Source: Euglena gracilis
Taxonomy: Eukaryota
Direction of reading: 5' to 3'
Assembly (NCBI GenBank): GCA_039621445.1
Contig: CP154954.1
Coordinates: forward strand, 12,022,716 to 12,086,715
Length of the DNA: 64,000 bases
Part shown: one piece after another, positions 1-12,500 of the stretch
How positions within the stretch are numbered: the first letter of the stretch is position 1
Layout: every line of letters begins with the position of its first letter
The notes under the pieces: generated by a model
Databases searched by the model: none
The model's input: only the letters and a program-made list of their open reading frames with translations
Told to the model about the DNA's origin: nothing
Made by a program: the position numbers and the translations under genes

Positions 1-689
1 CCCCCCCCCCCCGCGACCCCAACACCCCCTAGGGACCCTCTCCTAACCTATAGGCTATTAACTTTTCGGGTCCGGAAATCAGGTCACATCGATAATCCGC
101 GGGGGCCCGAGCCTCCTCAGGGGGGGGGGGGCGGGGGGGGTCAGGGGGGTTTGGGGGGGGGGGTGGTAAGCTTCGCTCTTACTCTAAAGAGATAAGAGCT
201 CAGCGACCCAGGGTGTGACGTAGAGCTGAGCTCTTTGGAAGACCACCCCGGCTCGGCGGCCCGGCCCGGCCCGGCACGGCCCGGCCCGGCCGGCGGCCCG
301 GGCGGGCCGGGCCGGGCAAAGTCAATGGGTTGGCGGCCCAAAACGGGGAGCTGGCGGGTCGAAAAACGTTCATTTTTGGCTCGAAAACACTTTTTTCGCG
401 TCCGGGAGGTCAAAAAACATGGTTTTGGGCAAACTTTTTTTCGAATTTATTGAATTTGTTTGACTTTTTGACCCAAAATTGGCCAAGTCCACCGGCCAGT
501 GGGGCAGGTGGACCTGGGGGGGCCCGGGGGGGGGTCCGGGTCGGAAAATTTTTTTTCGCTCAAAAACACTTTTTTTGATGTTCTGAAGTGAAAGAAAGTA
601 TTTTTGAGCGAAAAAATTTTTTCAAAATTTTGGGTCCCGACCTGCCACCCGACCCCCCGTCGCCCAGCCGCCCTCACGCCGCCCGCTGG

Positions 690-1410
690 GGTCCCCGAAT
701 ACCCAAAACTGGCCCAAAATCGCACAACCAGACCCCGGGAACCCCAAAAAACGGTCAACCCCTCCCCCCCCTGAACCTAATGATTGACCCCTGGTTTGGG
801 TCCCAACTCCCCGTCTAGCCCGAGATACGGCCAATATACGGTTTCGGGCCCAAACAGGCCCGAAATGGCCAAAACTGGCCCAAAACCCCAAAACTCTCGG
901 GCTAGGCGAGGAGTTGGCCCAAACCGCGCATACCGATCGATAGGGCGTCCAAAAGTTGTGGAGGGACGTCCTCTTTTCTTTTCCTCAACTCCACAGTGTT
1001 TTCGAGATATTTTGAATTTTTCGCTTTTTTGACCCCAGCCCGGCAGCCCTCGAACCCCTGCAGGGGTTCCCGAACATCCAAAAATGGCCCAAATTCGCAC
1101 AACCAGACCCCGGGAACCCCAAAAAACGGTCAAAACCCCCCTCTAAACCTAATGATTGACCCCCTGGTTTGGGTTCCAACTCCTCGTCTAGCCCGAGATA
1201 CGGGCAAATTACGGTTTCGGGCCCCAAATGGGCCCGAAACGGCCAGAACTGGCCAAACTGGCCCAAAACCACAAAACGGCCGTATCTCGGGCTAGGCGAG
1301 GAGTTGGCCCAAACCGCGCATACCGATCGATCGGGCGTCCCAAAGTTGTGGAATGAGGTACTCTTTACTTTTTCTCAACTCCACAGCGTTTTCGAGATAT
1401 TTTGAAATTA
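690..1410. repeat. Diverged tandem duplication, period ~375 bp
   Basis: CGCACAACCAGACCCCGGGAACCCCAAAAAACGGTCAA at 721 and 1096; both copies end in GTTTTCGAGATATTTTGAA. Confidence 0.85.
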
Positions 1411-2439
1411 TCGAATGACCCTGCAATTTTCCCGGAAAAAAAAACGGTAGACAACTTTTTTGCTCGGGCCATATCTCCGGACTGGCGGGGAGTTGCGGGT
1501 AAACTAAAGGCTCCTGAGATACTAGGGATCGTCCCCTAACCTATGGGCTACCCTCACCCCCCCCCCCTAATTGCCCCCCCCCTAATTGGCTAATTGGGGG
1601 GTCCTTAAGGGAGGTCCATTAGCCAATTAGGGGGGGGGTTAGCCCAATTGGCCAATGGACGTTCCCTTGGCCTACTTTGGCCAATTTCGGCAAAGGCTCA
1701 GAAAACCTCCAAAAACGTCCGTTTCGAAAATGTGAAAAATTGCCGGATACGAAAAAGTCATGACCAATCCAAAAATGCACAAAAAATCGACCAATTTTGC
1801 ACACGTCAAAAAATATGGGGTCGGGGTCCTCGAGCCCCCCCCCCCCTAATTGTCCCCCCCCCTAATTGGCTAATTGGGGGTCTGAAGGAGCCCGGCCATT
1901 AGCCAAATAGGGGGGGGGGGTGAGGGTACCCTCCTCAAAGTGGCCACTTTCTTTTGGCGCCGAAGCAGAATTTGACCCCCCCCCCCAAATGTCCCGCTTC
2001 AGAGTGGCCGTTTTTGGGATTCCACGGGTGGCCATTTTGAGGTATACCATGCCCCCCCCCTCCAAGATGTTCACCCCGACCTATTTTCCCCGGGGACCCT
2101 TTGCGGCCTAATGGGAACAGTGTGGGGAAGTTCTTTCAAAAAAAGTGCTATGATAGTGAGCTGTCCCCGCATTGTGACCCCCCCCAGAACCACCAACCTT
2201 GACTTATAACCCCCCCAGAAAAACCGGGACGAATAACCGGCAACAAAATGCCGAAAAGCTTTTTGGCAATTTGCATGTGAACAAACGTCGTCAAAAACAC
2301 CACTGTTTGTCAATTTTTGTGGGGCGTTGGATTTTCACCCCCCCCCCCCCTGTTCCCACCAGGCCGTAAAGCTCCGGGGGGGGCGGGAATGGCTCTGAAC
2401 AACCATGTCCCCTCCCAAAGGTTTTCCCTTCAAAGGGGG

Positions 2440-2800
2440 GTGTCTCCCCGTTACCCCCCCCCCCCCCCCATGATCCCCCCCCGTGACCCCCCGTGACCCG
2501 ACCTACGACCCTTTTCAGCCAAATTTTTACAGGAAGAAATTTGGCCAGTGATGCCTAATTTCATGATATTTTCAGGTAGATTCCTAATTTTGAAGCATGA
2601 ATTTTTCAAATTTGGGGTTGGTGATTTTTAATTTGGTGTCAAAATCCCAATTTTAGGTGTTGGGATTCCTAATTTATGGATTTTTCCCAAAAAAATTGTG
2701 CTCGGTGATTCCTAATTTGGCCACCAAAAATGCGGTGTTCCCCCCGTGATCCCCCCACCACGTGACCCCCCCCCCCGTGACCCCCGTGACCCGAACCACC
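2440..2800. repeat. Dispersed repeat with an inverted copy at ~7700-8190
   Basis: Shared blocks such as GATTCCTAATTTGGCCACC, TTCAGGTAGATT and GTGACCCGA in reverse complement. Confidence 0.75.
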
Positions 2801-3939
2801 CCAAGCAAGTACAACGGAGCGTTGGCAGGGGGGGGGTCCCGAGTCAGGTTTTTTTTGCATTTTTGGCACCTTTTTTGCTGTACTGTCTCAACACCGGTGG
2901 CGGGGTCCTGGGGTCCCAACTGTACTGCCAACCCCCCCTCGAAAATCGGCCAAAAACCACGAAGGCGCCGGGAAAAAATTTTAAGGCCTTTTTTTGGTCT
3001 AAAAAGGCCATTTTTGGTGCCAAAATTTTCATCTGTCTCGGGGGGGTCAGCACCAGGGGGGGGGGTCCCAAAAATCCCAACTGTACAGGGGGGGGGGGGG
3101 AGGGGGGGTCCCCAAAAAACCCCAACTGTACTGCCGTCGCCCCAACAATGGTCTGGAAACATTTTGGTGGTGGGGCATTTTTTTTGGAAACACGTTGAAT
3201 GCCAATTTGATAATTTTGTTGATCACAATCAGTTGTAGAAAATTTCCCATTTTTTTAGGAGTCAAAGGGGTGAGCTGGGGGGGGGGGCAAGTTTTTGGAA
3301 ATAAAAAACCACTTGCTTAAAGTTTTTTGTAGCAAACACTTCACCCTGAGACACAAATTTTAAAAGCTTGTAAGGCACATGGACTCAGAACGGAGTTGGT
3401 GTCTTGCCAACGGATGAAACAAGAAAATGTTCATTGCATTTCACCACTGTGGTGCCCACAACGAGGTAGTGAGTGGCCGAGAAGCGAGATGGAATTTAAG
3501 CGCCAGAATTTTAGGTGTCCGCACAAGTTATTTTTTTGCCACCCTCAAACATCCTCCTCCAGACACCCTGATAATTTGTGTTTCGGAACAAAATTCTTCT
3601 TTTAATGTTGTGAGAACTGTGTTTTGAATCATCAAACCTGTACAAATTGAAAAAAATGAGTTGTGGCGAATGACAAAAATGACCCGAAATGGACTGACAT
3701 GGTTTGAAAAAATTGTTCGAAGAATGGCCCAACCATAACCCAAAATAGTCCAAACTGTAAGATATCCAAAAATGGTCGACTATCTCAAAAAACGGCCTGA
3801 AATGATTGAAAAACTGCCCGAAAATTTACCAAAAATGGTCACAACTCTTGAACCCAGCTCTGTCCATTTTGGATCTCATTGCGAACCTTCTTTGAGCAGT
3901 TTTTCAAACCTTTGGAGCTATGCAAAAGGGCGTTTGAAA

Positions 3940-4200
3940 TTGTGTTCAGTCCACGATGTACAGCGTCGTGAAAAACTGTGTTTAGTCCACGTGTGCAGCG
4001 ACGATAAACGTGGACTGAACACGTTTGTTGACACTGCACACGTGGACTGAACACGTTTTATTGCACAAAAAATCGTGATCTGAACACGTTTATTGACACT
4101 GTAAACGTGGACTGAACACGGTTTCCTGCACAAAAAAATCGTGATCTGAACGCATTTATTGACATTGTACACGTGGACTGAACACATTTATCTGCCAAAA
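3940..4200. repeat. Repeat built of ACGTGGACTGAACACG units; second copy ~9850-10060
   Basis: TTATTGACA(C/T)TGTACACGTGGACTGAACAC(G/A)TTTATCTGCCAAA at ~4157 and ~9851. Confidence 0.8.
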
Positions 4201-4617
4201 AAACTGTGTTCACTACCCAAAGGGAACCGGACAGAAAGATCATCATACCAGATGATTGTTGAGTGTCTCCAAGGGTCGCCAACGACAGTGGGGGAGGAAT
4301 AGGGGAGGATATATGCAAACATATTGCAAACACCTCGTGGCTCGACGGCCAGGACACACTACGGACACACCGCATCACAAACATCCCAGGCATCTCCAGG
4401 GACGTTTGGGAGCACGGCGGAGGTCAGCGCACACAAAATGATAAGTGCCGTTCAGCTATTGAGGTAGGTGGTAGGGGGGTCCCAACCCCCCCCCCCACTA
4501 GGGGGGTAAGGTGGTAGGGTTTGGGTTTGGGTTTGCTTTGCCCTGCTGAAGCGCAGTGCCCACGGTCAGCAGACCCAGCATGAGCGCCAGGTCAGCTTCC
4601 GTGGGGCACACCCAGGG

Positions 4618-4904
4618 CAGGCTTCTTTTTAAGTCAGCAGCCCCCCCCCCCCCCCCCCGGGGGGGGGGGGGTTGGGTGGGTGGGTCCGGGCCGGACCCCC
4701 CCCGGGGGGGGGGGGTCCCGCGCCGGAGGCGCTGGGTATACCTTTTCGGTGCGAAGCGCCGAAAATTTTTGGAAATCGCCTTTAGCGGGCCCGATTTTTG
4801 GGGGGGTCCCGCCCCCCCCCCCCCCGAGGGGGGGTCCCGCGCCACCCTGGGTGGGTGGGGGGGACCCCCCCCCTCCCCCCCCGGGGGTCTTAAAAAGAAG
4901 CCTG
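4618..4904. mobile_element. Non-autonomous hAT-like MITE, family A
   Basis: Perfect 16-bp TIR CAGGCTTCTTTTTAAG/CTTAAAAAGAAGCCTG; exact 8-bp TSD ACCCAGGG at 4610-4617 and 4905-4912. Confidence 0.9.
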
Positions 4905-5555
4905 ACCCAGGGCCCGGGCACACTTGAACACCGGAGCAGGAAACTTTGACATCCAGCAGCCCAGCAGCCCCAGCAGAAGGCTTTAAGGGAGGGGCGGAAG
5001 CATGCCCATGAGGGCAGGCCGAGGGATGGTACAATGTGCTGCTATTGGAATGACCCAGAAATTGGGGTGGGAACACCACTGCAGTGAGGGATTCACCCAG
5101 AAGGTCAAAGACTGAACCCCGAGAGGCCGCTGGATTGGGAGGAGAAAGCACCACAGAGTGGTCAGGCAGGCCCAGAAATTTGGAGGGAGAATGTTGGACA
5201 GTTGTTAGACTGGCCCATGGCGTTGATAGGTTGAAATTAAGCGGGGACAACACGCTGTTGGCAGACAAAAAAAAGCACAGAAAAATTTGTGGTTATGGGG
5301 CTGCCCAAGTTGACGGCTGCGCTGCGGGGAGGCAGCATGTGGCTGCAGGATCTGGACCAGGTCTCATGTCTTCCGTTGAAACTGTCAAGCTTTCTGCTTT
5401 GAACTCTTTTGGGCGTACGTGCGATGCCACCCTTGTGAAAACGAGCCTGGCTGTGACTTTCAGAATGTCCCTCGCGAGAATTTTTCAGTGGATCATTTTA
5501 CCAGAAAGCAGCGAATAAAAATTGTGCCGGCGCTGTTGCCCTGTGGGGGTGGCCT

Positions 5556-6760
5556 AGACGTTCCGTTGGATGAACACCACAGACTGGTCGGACGGCCCCA
5601 GACGAAGTTCGGTTGGATGGACACCGCAGACTGGCTGCACAGCCCCAGATGAAGTTCGGTTCGATGAACACCGCAGACTGTTTGGATAGCCCCAGAAGGC
5701 GTTCCGTTCGACGAGCACCACAGACTGGTCGGACGGCCCCATAGGAAGTTCGGTTGGATGAACACCACAAACTTGTGGGATGGCCAGAAGACGTTCCGTT
5801 CGACGAACACCACAGACTGGTTGGACAGCCCCATAGGAAGTTCGGTTCGATGAACACCACAGACTGGTTGGACAGCCCCATAGGAAGTTCGGTTCGATGA
5901 ACACCACAGACTTGTTGGACGGCCCCACAGGAAGTTCGGGTCGATGAACACCACAGAATTGTTGGACAGCCCCAGACGAAGTTCGGCTCGATGAACACCA
6001 CAGACTGGTCGGACGGCACCAGAGGGCGTTCCGGTCGATGAACACCACAGACTGGTTGGACAGCCCCAGACGAAGGTCGGTTGGATGAACACCACAGACT
6101 GGTTGGACAGCCCCAGACGAAGGTCTGTTCGAAGTACACCACAGGCTGGTTTGACAGCCCCAGATGAAGTTCGGTTCGATGAACACCGCAGACTGGTTGG
6201 ACAGCCCCAGACGAAGGTCGGTTGGATGAACACCACAGACTGGTTGGACAGCCCCAGATGAAGGTCTGTTCGAAGTACACCACAGACTGGTTTGACAGCC
6301 CCAGACGAAGTTCGGCTCGATGAACACACCAGACTGGTTGGACAGCCCCAGACGAAGTTCGGTTGGATGAACACCACAGACTTGTTGGACAGCCCCAGTT
6401 GAAGTTCGGTTGGATGAACACCACAGACTGGTTGGACAGCCCCAGACGAAGGTCGGTTGGATGAACACCACAGACTGGTTGGACAGCCCCAGACGAAGGT
6501 CGGTTCGAAGTACACCACAGACTGGTTTGACAGCCCCAGATGAAGTTCGGTTCGATGAACACCGCAGACTGGTTGGACAGCCCCAGACGAAGGTCTGTTC
6601 GAAGTACACCACAGACTGGTTTGACAGCCCCAGACGAAGTTCGGCTCGATGAACACACCAGACTGGTTGGACAGCCCCAGACGAAGTTCGGTTGGATGAA
6701 CACCAGAGACTTGTTGGACAGCCCCAGTTGAAGTTCGGTTGGATGAACACCACAGACTGG
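5556..6760. repeat. 47-bp tandem minisatellite, ~25 copies
   Basis: Unit CAGACTGGTTGGACAGCCCCAGACGAAGTTCGGTTGGATGAACACCA; starts at 6001, 6048 and 6095 give a period of 47. Confidence 0.95.
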
Positions 6761-7845
6761 TGGGTAAGGTGGTAGGGGGGGGGGGTCTGGACCCCCCCCC
6801 CCAGATGTTGGGAGGGGGAGTCCGGACCCCCACCCCAGGTGCCAAAAATTGCAGAAAATTTTCTTCCGGCGCTGTGCGCAGGAAAATGAGCAAAAAACAC
6901 CCCTTTGCTCACTTTTGGACATAATGCCCATCTTTTGATGTGTTGGCGTTTTCCCCCCAAAAAATATTCAAAAAATTTCAAAAAATGAGCATTTTTGGTT
7001 TTGGGTTTTTTTAACCAATTTCGACCCGATTTCCGGCCCTTTGCCCGTCCATGGAATCGAAATTTTTCGGCCCCCCCTCAGTTTCGAGGTAGGAGGGGGG
7101 GGGGGTCCGACCCCCCCTCCGTGTCGGGGGGGGGGGGGTCCGACCCCCCCCCCAAGGCTTCCCATCCAACCCTGGTGCCGTTGGATGAGATACACGAAAC
7201 GCAATGGTAAAACCAAGGCACAGTGCGTCGTTGGACATCCAAAATGCTTTTCTCCTGTACCGCGGCCACCACCGTAATCAATTCCTCCTTGGTGAGAACG
7301 TTGTTGGATGGATGCCCCTTCCATCTAGCAGCTTCTCATCCAAAGCCTTCGCTGCCAGAGGGGCAAAGAAGGTTGTGAACTTGGAGAACTGAGAGACGGA
7401 GGAGGCCACGATTGGTGAACTGTTGCAATCTGACACCTTGTGCAAAAACACAAGGGGGTTCAGGTACGTACGGAAAGTGGAGATTGGCATGGAATGCACC
7501 CGAAAACTGGTGCCAGCCCTCTCCGTTTGTACAGCAACGCATGCCAGCCGTCAGGGTTGACGTTTTTTTGTTTTTTTTAAAAAAAACAACAAAAAAACAT
7601 GTTTTTGTGGGGAAAAACACAAAAAACATGTTTTTTTTTGAAAAAGCAAAAATTGACCTTTTTCCTTGCGAAATCGCCATTTTTGAGGAAAATTTTTCGG
7701 GGGTGGTTCGGGTCACGGGGGGGGGGGGGGTCACGGGGAACATCACATTTTCGGTGGCCAAATTAGGAATCAACGAAAACGAATTTTTTTGGGGGAAAAT
7801 CCTTTTTAGGCTCCAAATTAGGAATCCCCAAACTTAAAATTAGTA

Positions 7846-8013
7846 CCCCCCCCATATTGTCCCCCCCCCATATTGTCCCTCGGCCCCTGCCGACGGGGGG
7901 TTTTTTTGGCTCGGCCAATGAAATTCCTTTGGTACCCCCATATTGTCCCCCCCCCCCATATTGTCCGGTCGGGCCTCCCGGGGGGAGGTCGGTGGGACAA
8001 TAAGGGGGGGGGG
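7846..8013. mobile_element. TA-flanked MITE (Tc1/mariner-like TSD) nested in another repeat
   Basis: TIR Cn-ATATTGTCCC/GGGACAATAA-Gn with TA on both sides; the inverted host copy at ~2630-2675 lacks it. Confidence 0.7.
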
Positions 8014-8275
8014 TATTTTGACCCCAAATTTGGCATCACCACTCCAAATTTTGCAAAATTTATGCCTCAAAATTATTAATCTACCTGAATATTTTGTCAA
8101 ACTAGGCATCACTAGCCAAGTTATTTTTCAGAAAAAAAATGGGCCGAAAAGGGTCTCAGGTCGGGTCGGGGGGGGGGTCACAGGGGGGAACACCCCCTCT
8201 AAAGTTTTTTTTATGTGTGAAAGTGCTTCCAAATCTGTGTTTTCTGGTGCAAAAAATCATGCTTTCTGATACGAA

Positions 8276-9515
8276 AACTGTGTCCAGAACGCCGGTTCGG
8301 GCGTGAAGCCGTGTTCCAGAACGCCGGTTCGGGCGGCAGTCCGAACCGGCGTTCTGGAACACGGCTTCACGCCCGAACCGGCGTTCTGGACACAGTTGTT
8401 GAAACCGTGGATTAGGGGCTCTGGCTTCACGCCCGAACCGGCGTTCAAGGAATAAAGGCCAATTTCGCCCTAAATATCCAGTTTCTGAACATTTTTGGGC
8501 ATTTTTGGGATCCTTTGGGCTCATGGCCATGCCGATCGGCCGATTGAAGTTTTCATCCGTCTGATGCCAGGTTACCCATCAATCGAAAGGTTTTTTTTCA
8601 GAATTACGATTTGGAAAAAAATTTTGGTTGGACCACCCCTAGGTTTTTTCAGAATCACGGTTGGGAAATTTTGGCTGGACCCCCCCCAGATTTTTTCAGA
8701 TTTGCAATGCCGAATTTTCGGTTGGACCCCGCTGGTTTTTTTTTCTTCCAGAATTATGGTTGGGATTTGATCCCCCTTTTTTTCAGAATTCCGGTTCAGA
8801 AATTTTGGCTGGATTTCTTCACAAACACGGTTGAAATTTTTTTTTTGGCTGGAGCCCCCCCTAGGGTTTTTCAGAAGTACGGTTGGGAAATTTTGGCTGG
8901 CCCCCCCCCCCCCCCCGGGAATTTTTCAAAATTGTTGGGAAATGTTAATTACAGTTGGGAAATTTTGGTCCCCCTGGGTGTTTTCAAAATTGGTTGGACC
9001 CTCCCCTGGGTTTTTCAGAATTATGGTTAGGAAATTTTAGCTGGACCCCTTGGGTTTTTCAGAATTACGATTTTTGGACCCTTTTCGCAAATTCCAAAAT
9101 CCACTGTTCACCTGCCATGTTGCCCCTTGATCGATAACCCTTCTCTAGGGTTTTAGATGGCCTTAGATTTCAGGCCTGCTGCATGGTATTCTATTTCAGA
9201 AAATCCCCAGATTTGGCCAAATGGAAATTGTTGCACAAAATACCCCATTTCTGGCCAAATACCCCCCAAAAAGTGCTCAGATGTGATTGCCTCATGTCTA
9301 CAAACCATTTTGGACACTTTTTGGCACTTTTCATTTTCGGTCCCCAGGACGCCGTTTTCCCGCCCGAACCGGCGTTCTGGACACCGGTTCGGCGCAGAAA
9401 TTTCTGCGCCGAACCGGCGTCCTGGACAACGGCTCGGCGCAGAAATTTCTGCGCCGAACCAGCGTCCAGAACGCCGGTTCGGGCGTGAAGCCAGAGCCCC
9501 AATACACGGTTTCAA
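8276..9515. repeat. Palindromic GAACGCCGGTTC-based composite repeat
   Basis: Perfect 57-bp-arm hairpin at 8276-8397; ~8400-8447 is inverted relative to ~9469-9515. Confidence 0.8.
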
Positions 9516-12500
9516 CCCCAAAAAAAGACAAAAAAATGAATGCTGCAGAGATAAAAAATGAACTTTTTTCCAAAAAAACATTGCAAAAAAATTTACCCCA
9601 AACCCTCCATGACGTTTTTTTTATTAAAGAAACATGCTTTTTTTGTTTCAAAAAAAAAACAAGCCGTCAACCTTGCCAGCCGTTGCTGAGGAGTTGAGTA
9701 CAACTCCCGAGCATCAATTCACCAGCGTGCCCACCCACAAAAACAGTCATCCAACTTGGCGTGCTGTACCCCATGGGCTGCGCATACCCCGATGTATTCT
9801 GTAAAACAATTTAGGGCGGCCATTCGGTCCCAACAATAATCTTTTGCGCTTATTGACACTGTACACGTGGACTGAACACGTTTATCTGCCAAACATCCTG
9901 ATCTGAACACGTTTATTACCAATAAACGTGTTGCCCCATTTTTGTACATGTGTTCACCATTATTGCCATTTTTTGCGCGAATCACGTGGACTTGAACACG
10001 GTTTTTCACCTGACGCTGTACATTGTGTACTCTGAACATGGTTTCAAATGTGTGTCATGATCTGAAACCGCTTTTTCGGTGAAAAAGCAGTTTCAGATCA
10101 CGAAACACAAAACGTATTTCTCGAATTCAGTTTGCTGTCAACAGTGAGTGCGACAAATCCAAGGTTATTGCTTTTTGCAGATTTCCACTTCAGTATCATT
10201 TTTTAGCTTTTTGCACGATTTTTTTGGGAGGCTCCGGCAAACTCAGCATTCAAAGGACAGAGTCTGTGTCCTGTGCCGTAGACTCTGTCATGCCCGAAGC
10301 CGTGTGTCTTAAACACAGACTCCGCCCAAAGTCCATGTGCCTTAGAAACGGATTTGAAGCAAAATTCTTCCAGTGTAAGTTAAATGAAATTTCATTTTTG
10401 AAATTAAATTCATAATTTTCGGCCCATTTCCCATTATTATTTCCCATTTCCGTTAAAAAAAATTTGTAGCCCTTCAAGTAGCAGTTGCCGAAGTCAATCT
10501 CATGGATCTCATGAAGGATGACATTAAGCAATGAGAAATGAACAAAAACGAAGTCAGAAGAAAGTGTCTGGCAAGAGTTGCAAGAGATGTGTGATTATAT
10601 ATGGTGCCTTGCCGTCATCATTAATTTCCAAAAACAGTTTGGGAATGAATTTTTTGAGCGGGCTTGGTTTTTTGACCCACCGCCATTCTGAATTTTGCAA
10701 TGTGAAATTCAAGAAGTGAAACATGCTGTTGCCTAAGTTTTATTCAACTGGGGCAAGATTTGCAAAGACAGGGGGCAAAAATTTTGACAACTTGGTCAGA
10801 ATTTTGTTTGGAAAGGTGCAATTCTTCAATTTTTTTTTTGGTACAGCAGCAACCCAGTTTGGGACGGGGGCACATATTTGTGTAGCTACAAATACGAACC
10901 ATGTAGCTCTACACTGACGATGTTTGTTCTTTTGCGTGCTTCTCTTTGCCTTGTGCACCTCCACATATACACATGATCAATGCCCGCTTCTGTGCTTGTA
11001 CACACCAGGCTTTTGCTTCAGGGATTGCAGTACCCCCCCCGGGGGGGGGGGGGGCTGGACTGCAGCTAGTCCTGATTTGGCTGGTGGGATTTCTAGCAGA
11101 CCTGTCTGCTGGCAGCGCTAACTAGTGGAACTTTTTTTCCAGTGACCGGTGCGAAGCGCCGGAAAATTGCCAAAAATGCCCGTTTTTGGCCATTATTGGG
11201 AATTTTTGGAACAAAATCATCCAAAAAACATTAAAAACCTCATTTTCACCTCGGCGCACAGCGCCGAAGGGAAGGGATTTTTTTTACAGTTGGGGGGACC
11301 CCCGGACCCCCCAACGACGGAGGGGGGTCTAGCTAGTCCATTTTTTCCAGTGTCCAGCCAGTACCCCCCGGGCAAGAAAAAGCCTTAAGCAAAAGCCTGG
11401 TACACACGCGCGCACATGTGTGTGCACGCGGATGTGTGAGCGCACATGTGTGTGCACGCGGATGTGTGAGCGCGCATGCGTGTGTGCGTGCGTGCGTGCG
11501 TGCGTGCGTGTGTTCTTTTCCTCGTTTGATCATTTTGATCAGGGGCATTGGCTACGCTATACCAGCAAGTGGCCAACGCTCATGGAGCAGACATTCACTT
11601 GTTTTTGATGGATTCTTGAGAGGGGGGGGGGCGAGACTGAGAATTCATCGGCGTGACATGTGTGAAGAATGAATTTTTTCTCCACGCGTTGGACGATAGT
11701 TTGTTGCCCAAAGGGCAAGATGGTCGGCAAGACTTCTTGGTCAATTTTGGGTTGAACAAGTGAGGCAAGACCTTGACAGGATGATCCTCCCATGTGTCAA
11801 TAATTTTAATTAATTAATGTGTTTGCTCCAACCCGAGGCGGGGACTACGGCACCGAAGGTGCCGTGTTGCCCCCGCGCCATCCTAAAAATTTGGCCAAAG
11901 CACTGTTCTTGGTCTGTAAAATCCCGTGGTCAATGGTATGCAACGCGGGGGGGATTGATTCTGCGGTTTTCCCGCAATTTCCGATTTCCCCCCCAATTCT
12001 CCCGCAATTTGCAAATTTTTTTCACAGTTTGTTTCTCAGTTTTTTTTCCCTTCCGCTATTTTCCCGCATGAACCTGAAACGAAAAGGGGAATGGGCTTTG
12101 TAACTTTTTGAACGCTTCACAAACAAGCGGAAGAACAGGTGCTTTGTTGTTGTTGCAATTGCCAGAATTTGCCAAATTTTACAAATCTTGACTTTTTTTT
12201 GTGTTTTTTTTTTCAGCCAACAAATTCCATATTTCTAAAAATTAAGAAAATTCCCAAAGTCACAAAAATCAGGTTTTTTGTTGCATTTTTTTGACTTTTT
12301 TTGTTGGAAAATGTGTGAGTGTAACAACTCAAACCGCACAGAATGGCAAATTTGTTAACTTTTTCAAATTCCCCTGCAGCAGAAGTGTACATATTCCCAA
12401 ATGCACAGTTTCCGCATTTTTCCGCATTTTTTCCTGCAATTTCCGCAATTCTATGCAATTTTTCTCCAGGCCAATTACCCCCCCCCCCCCGCTGCAACGG

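Noticed and set aside
5556-6760. CRISPR array or long repeat protein
   Set aside because: Units are contiguous with no unique spacers, there are no cas genes, the context is eukaryotic, and the 47-nt period is not a multiple of 3.
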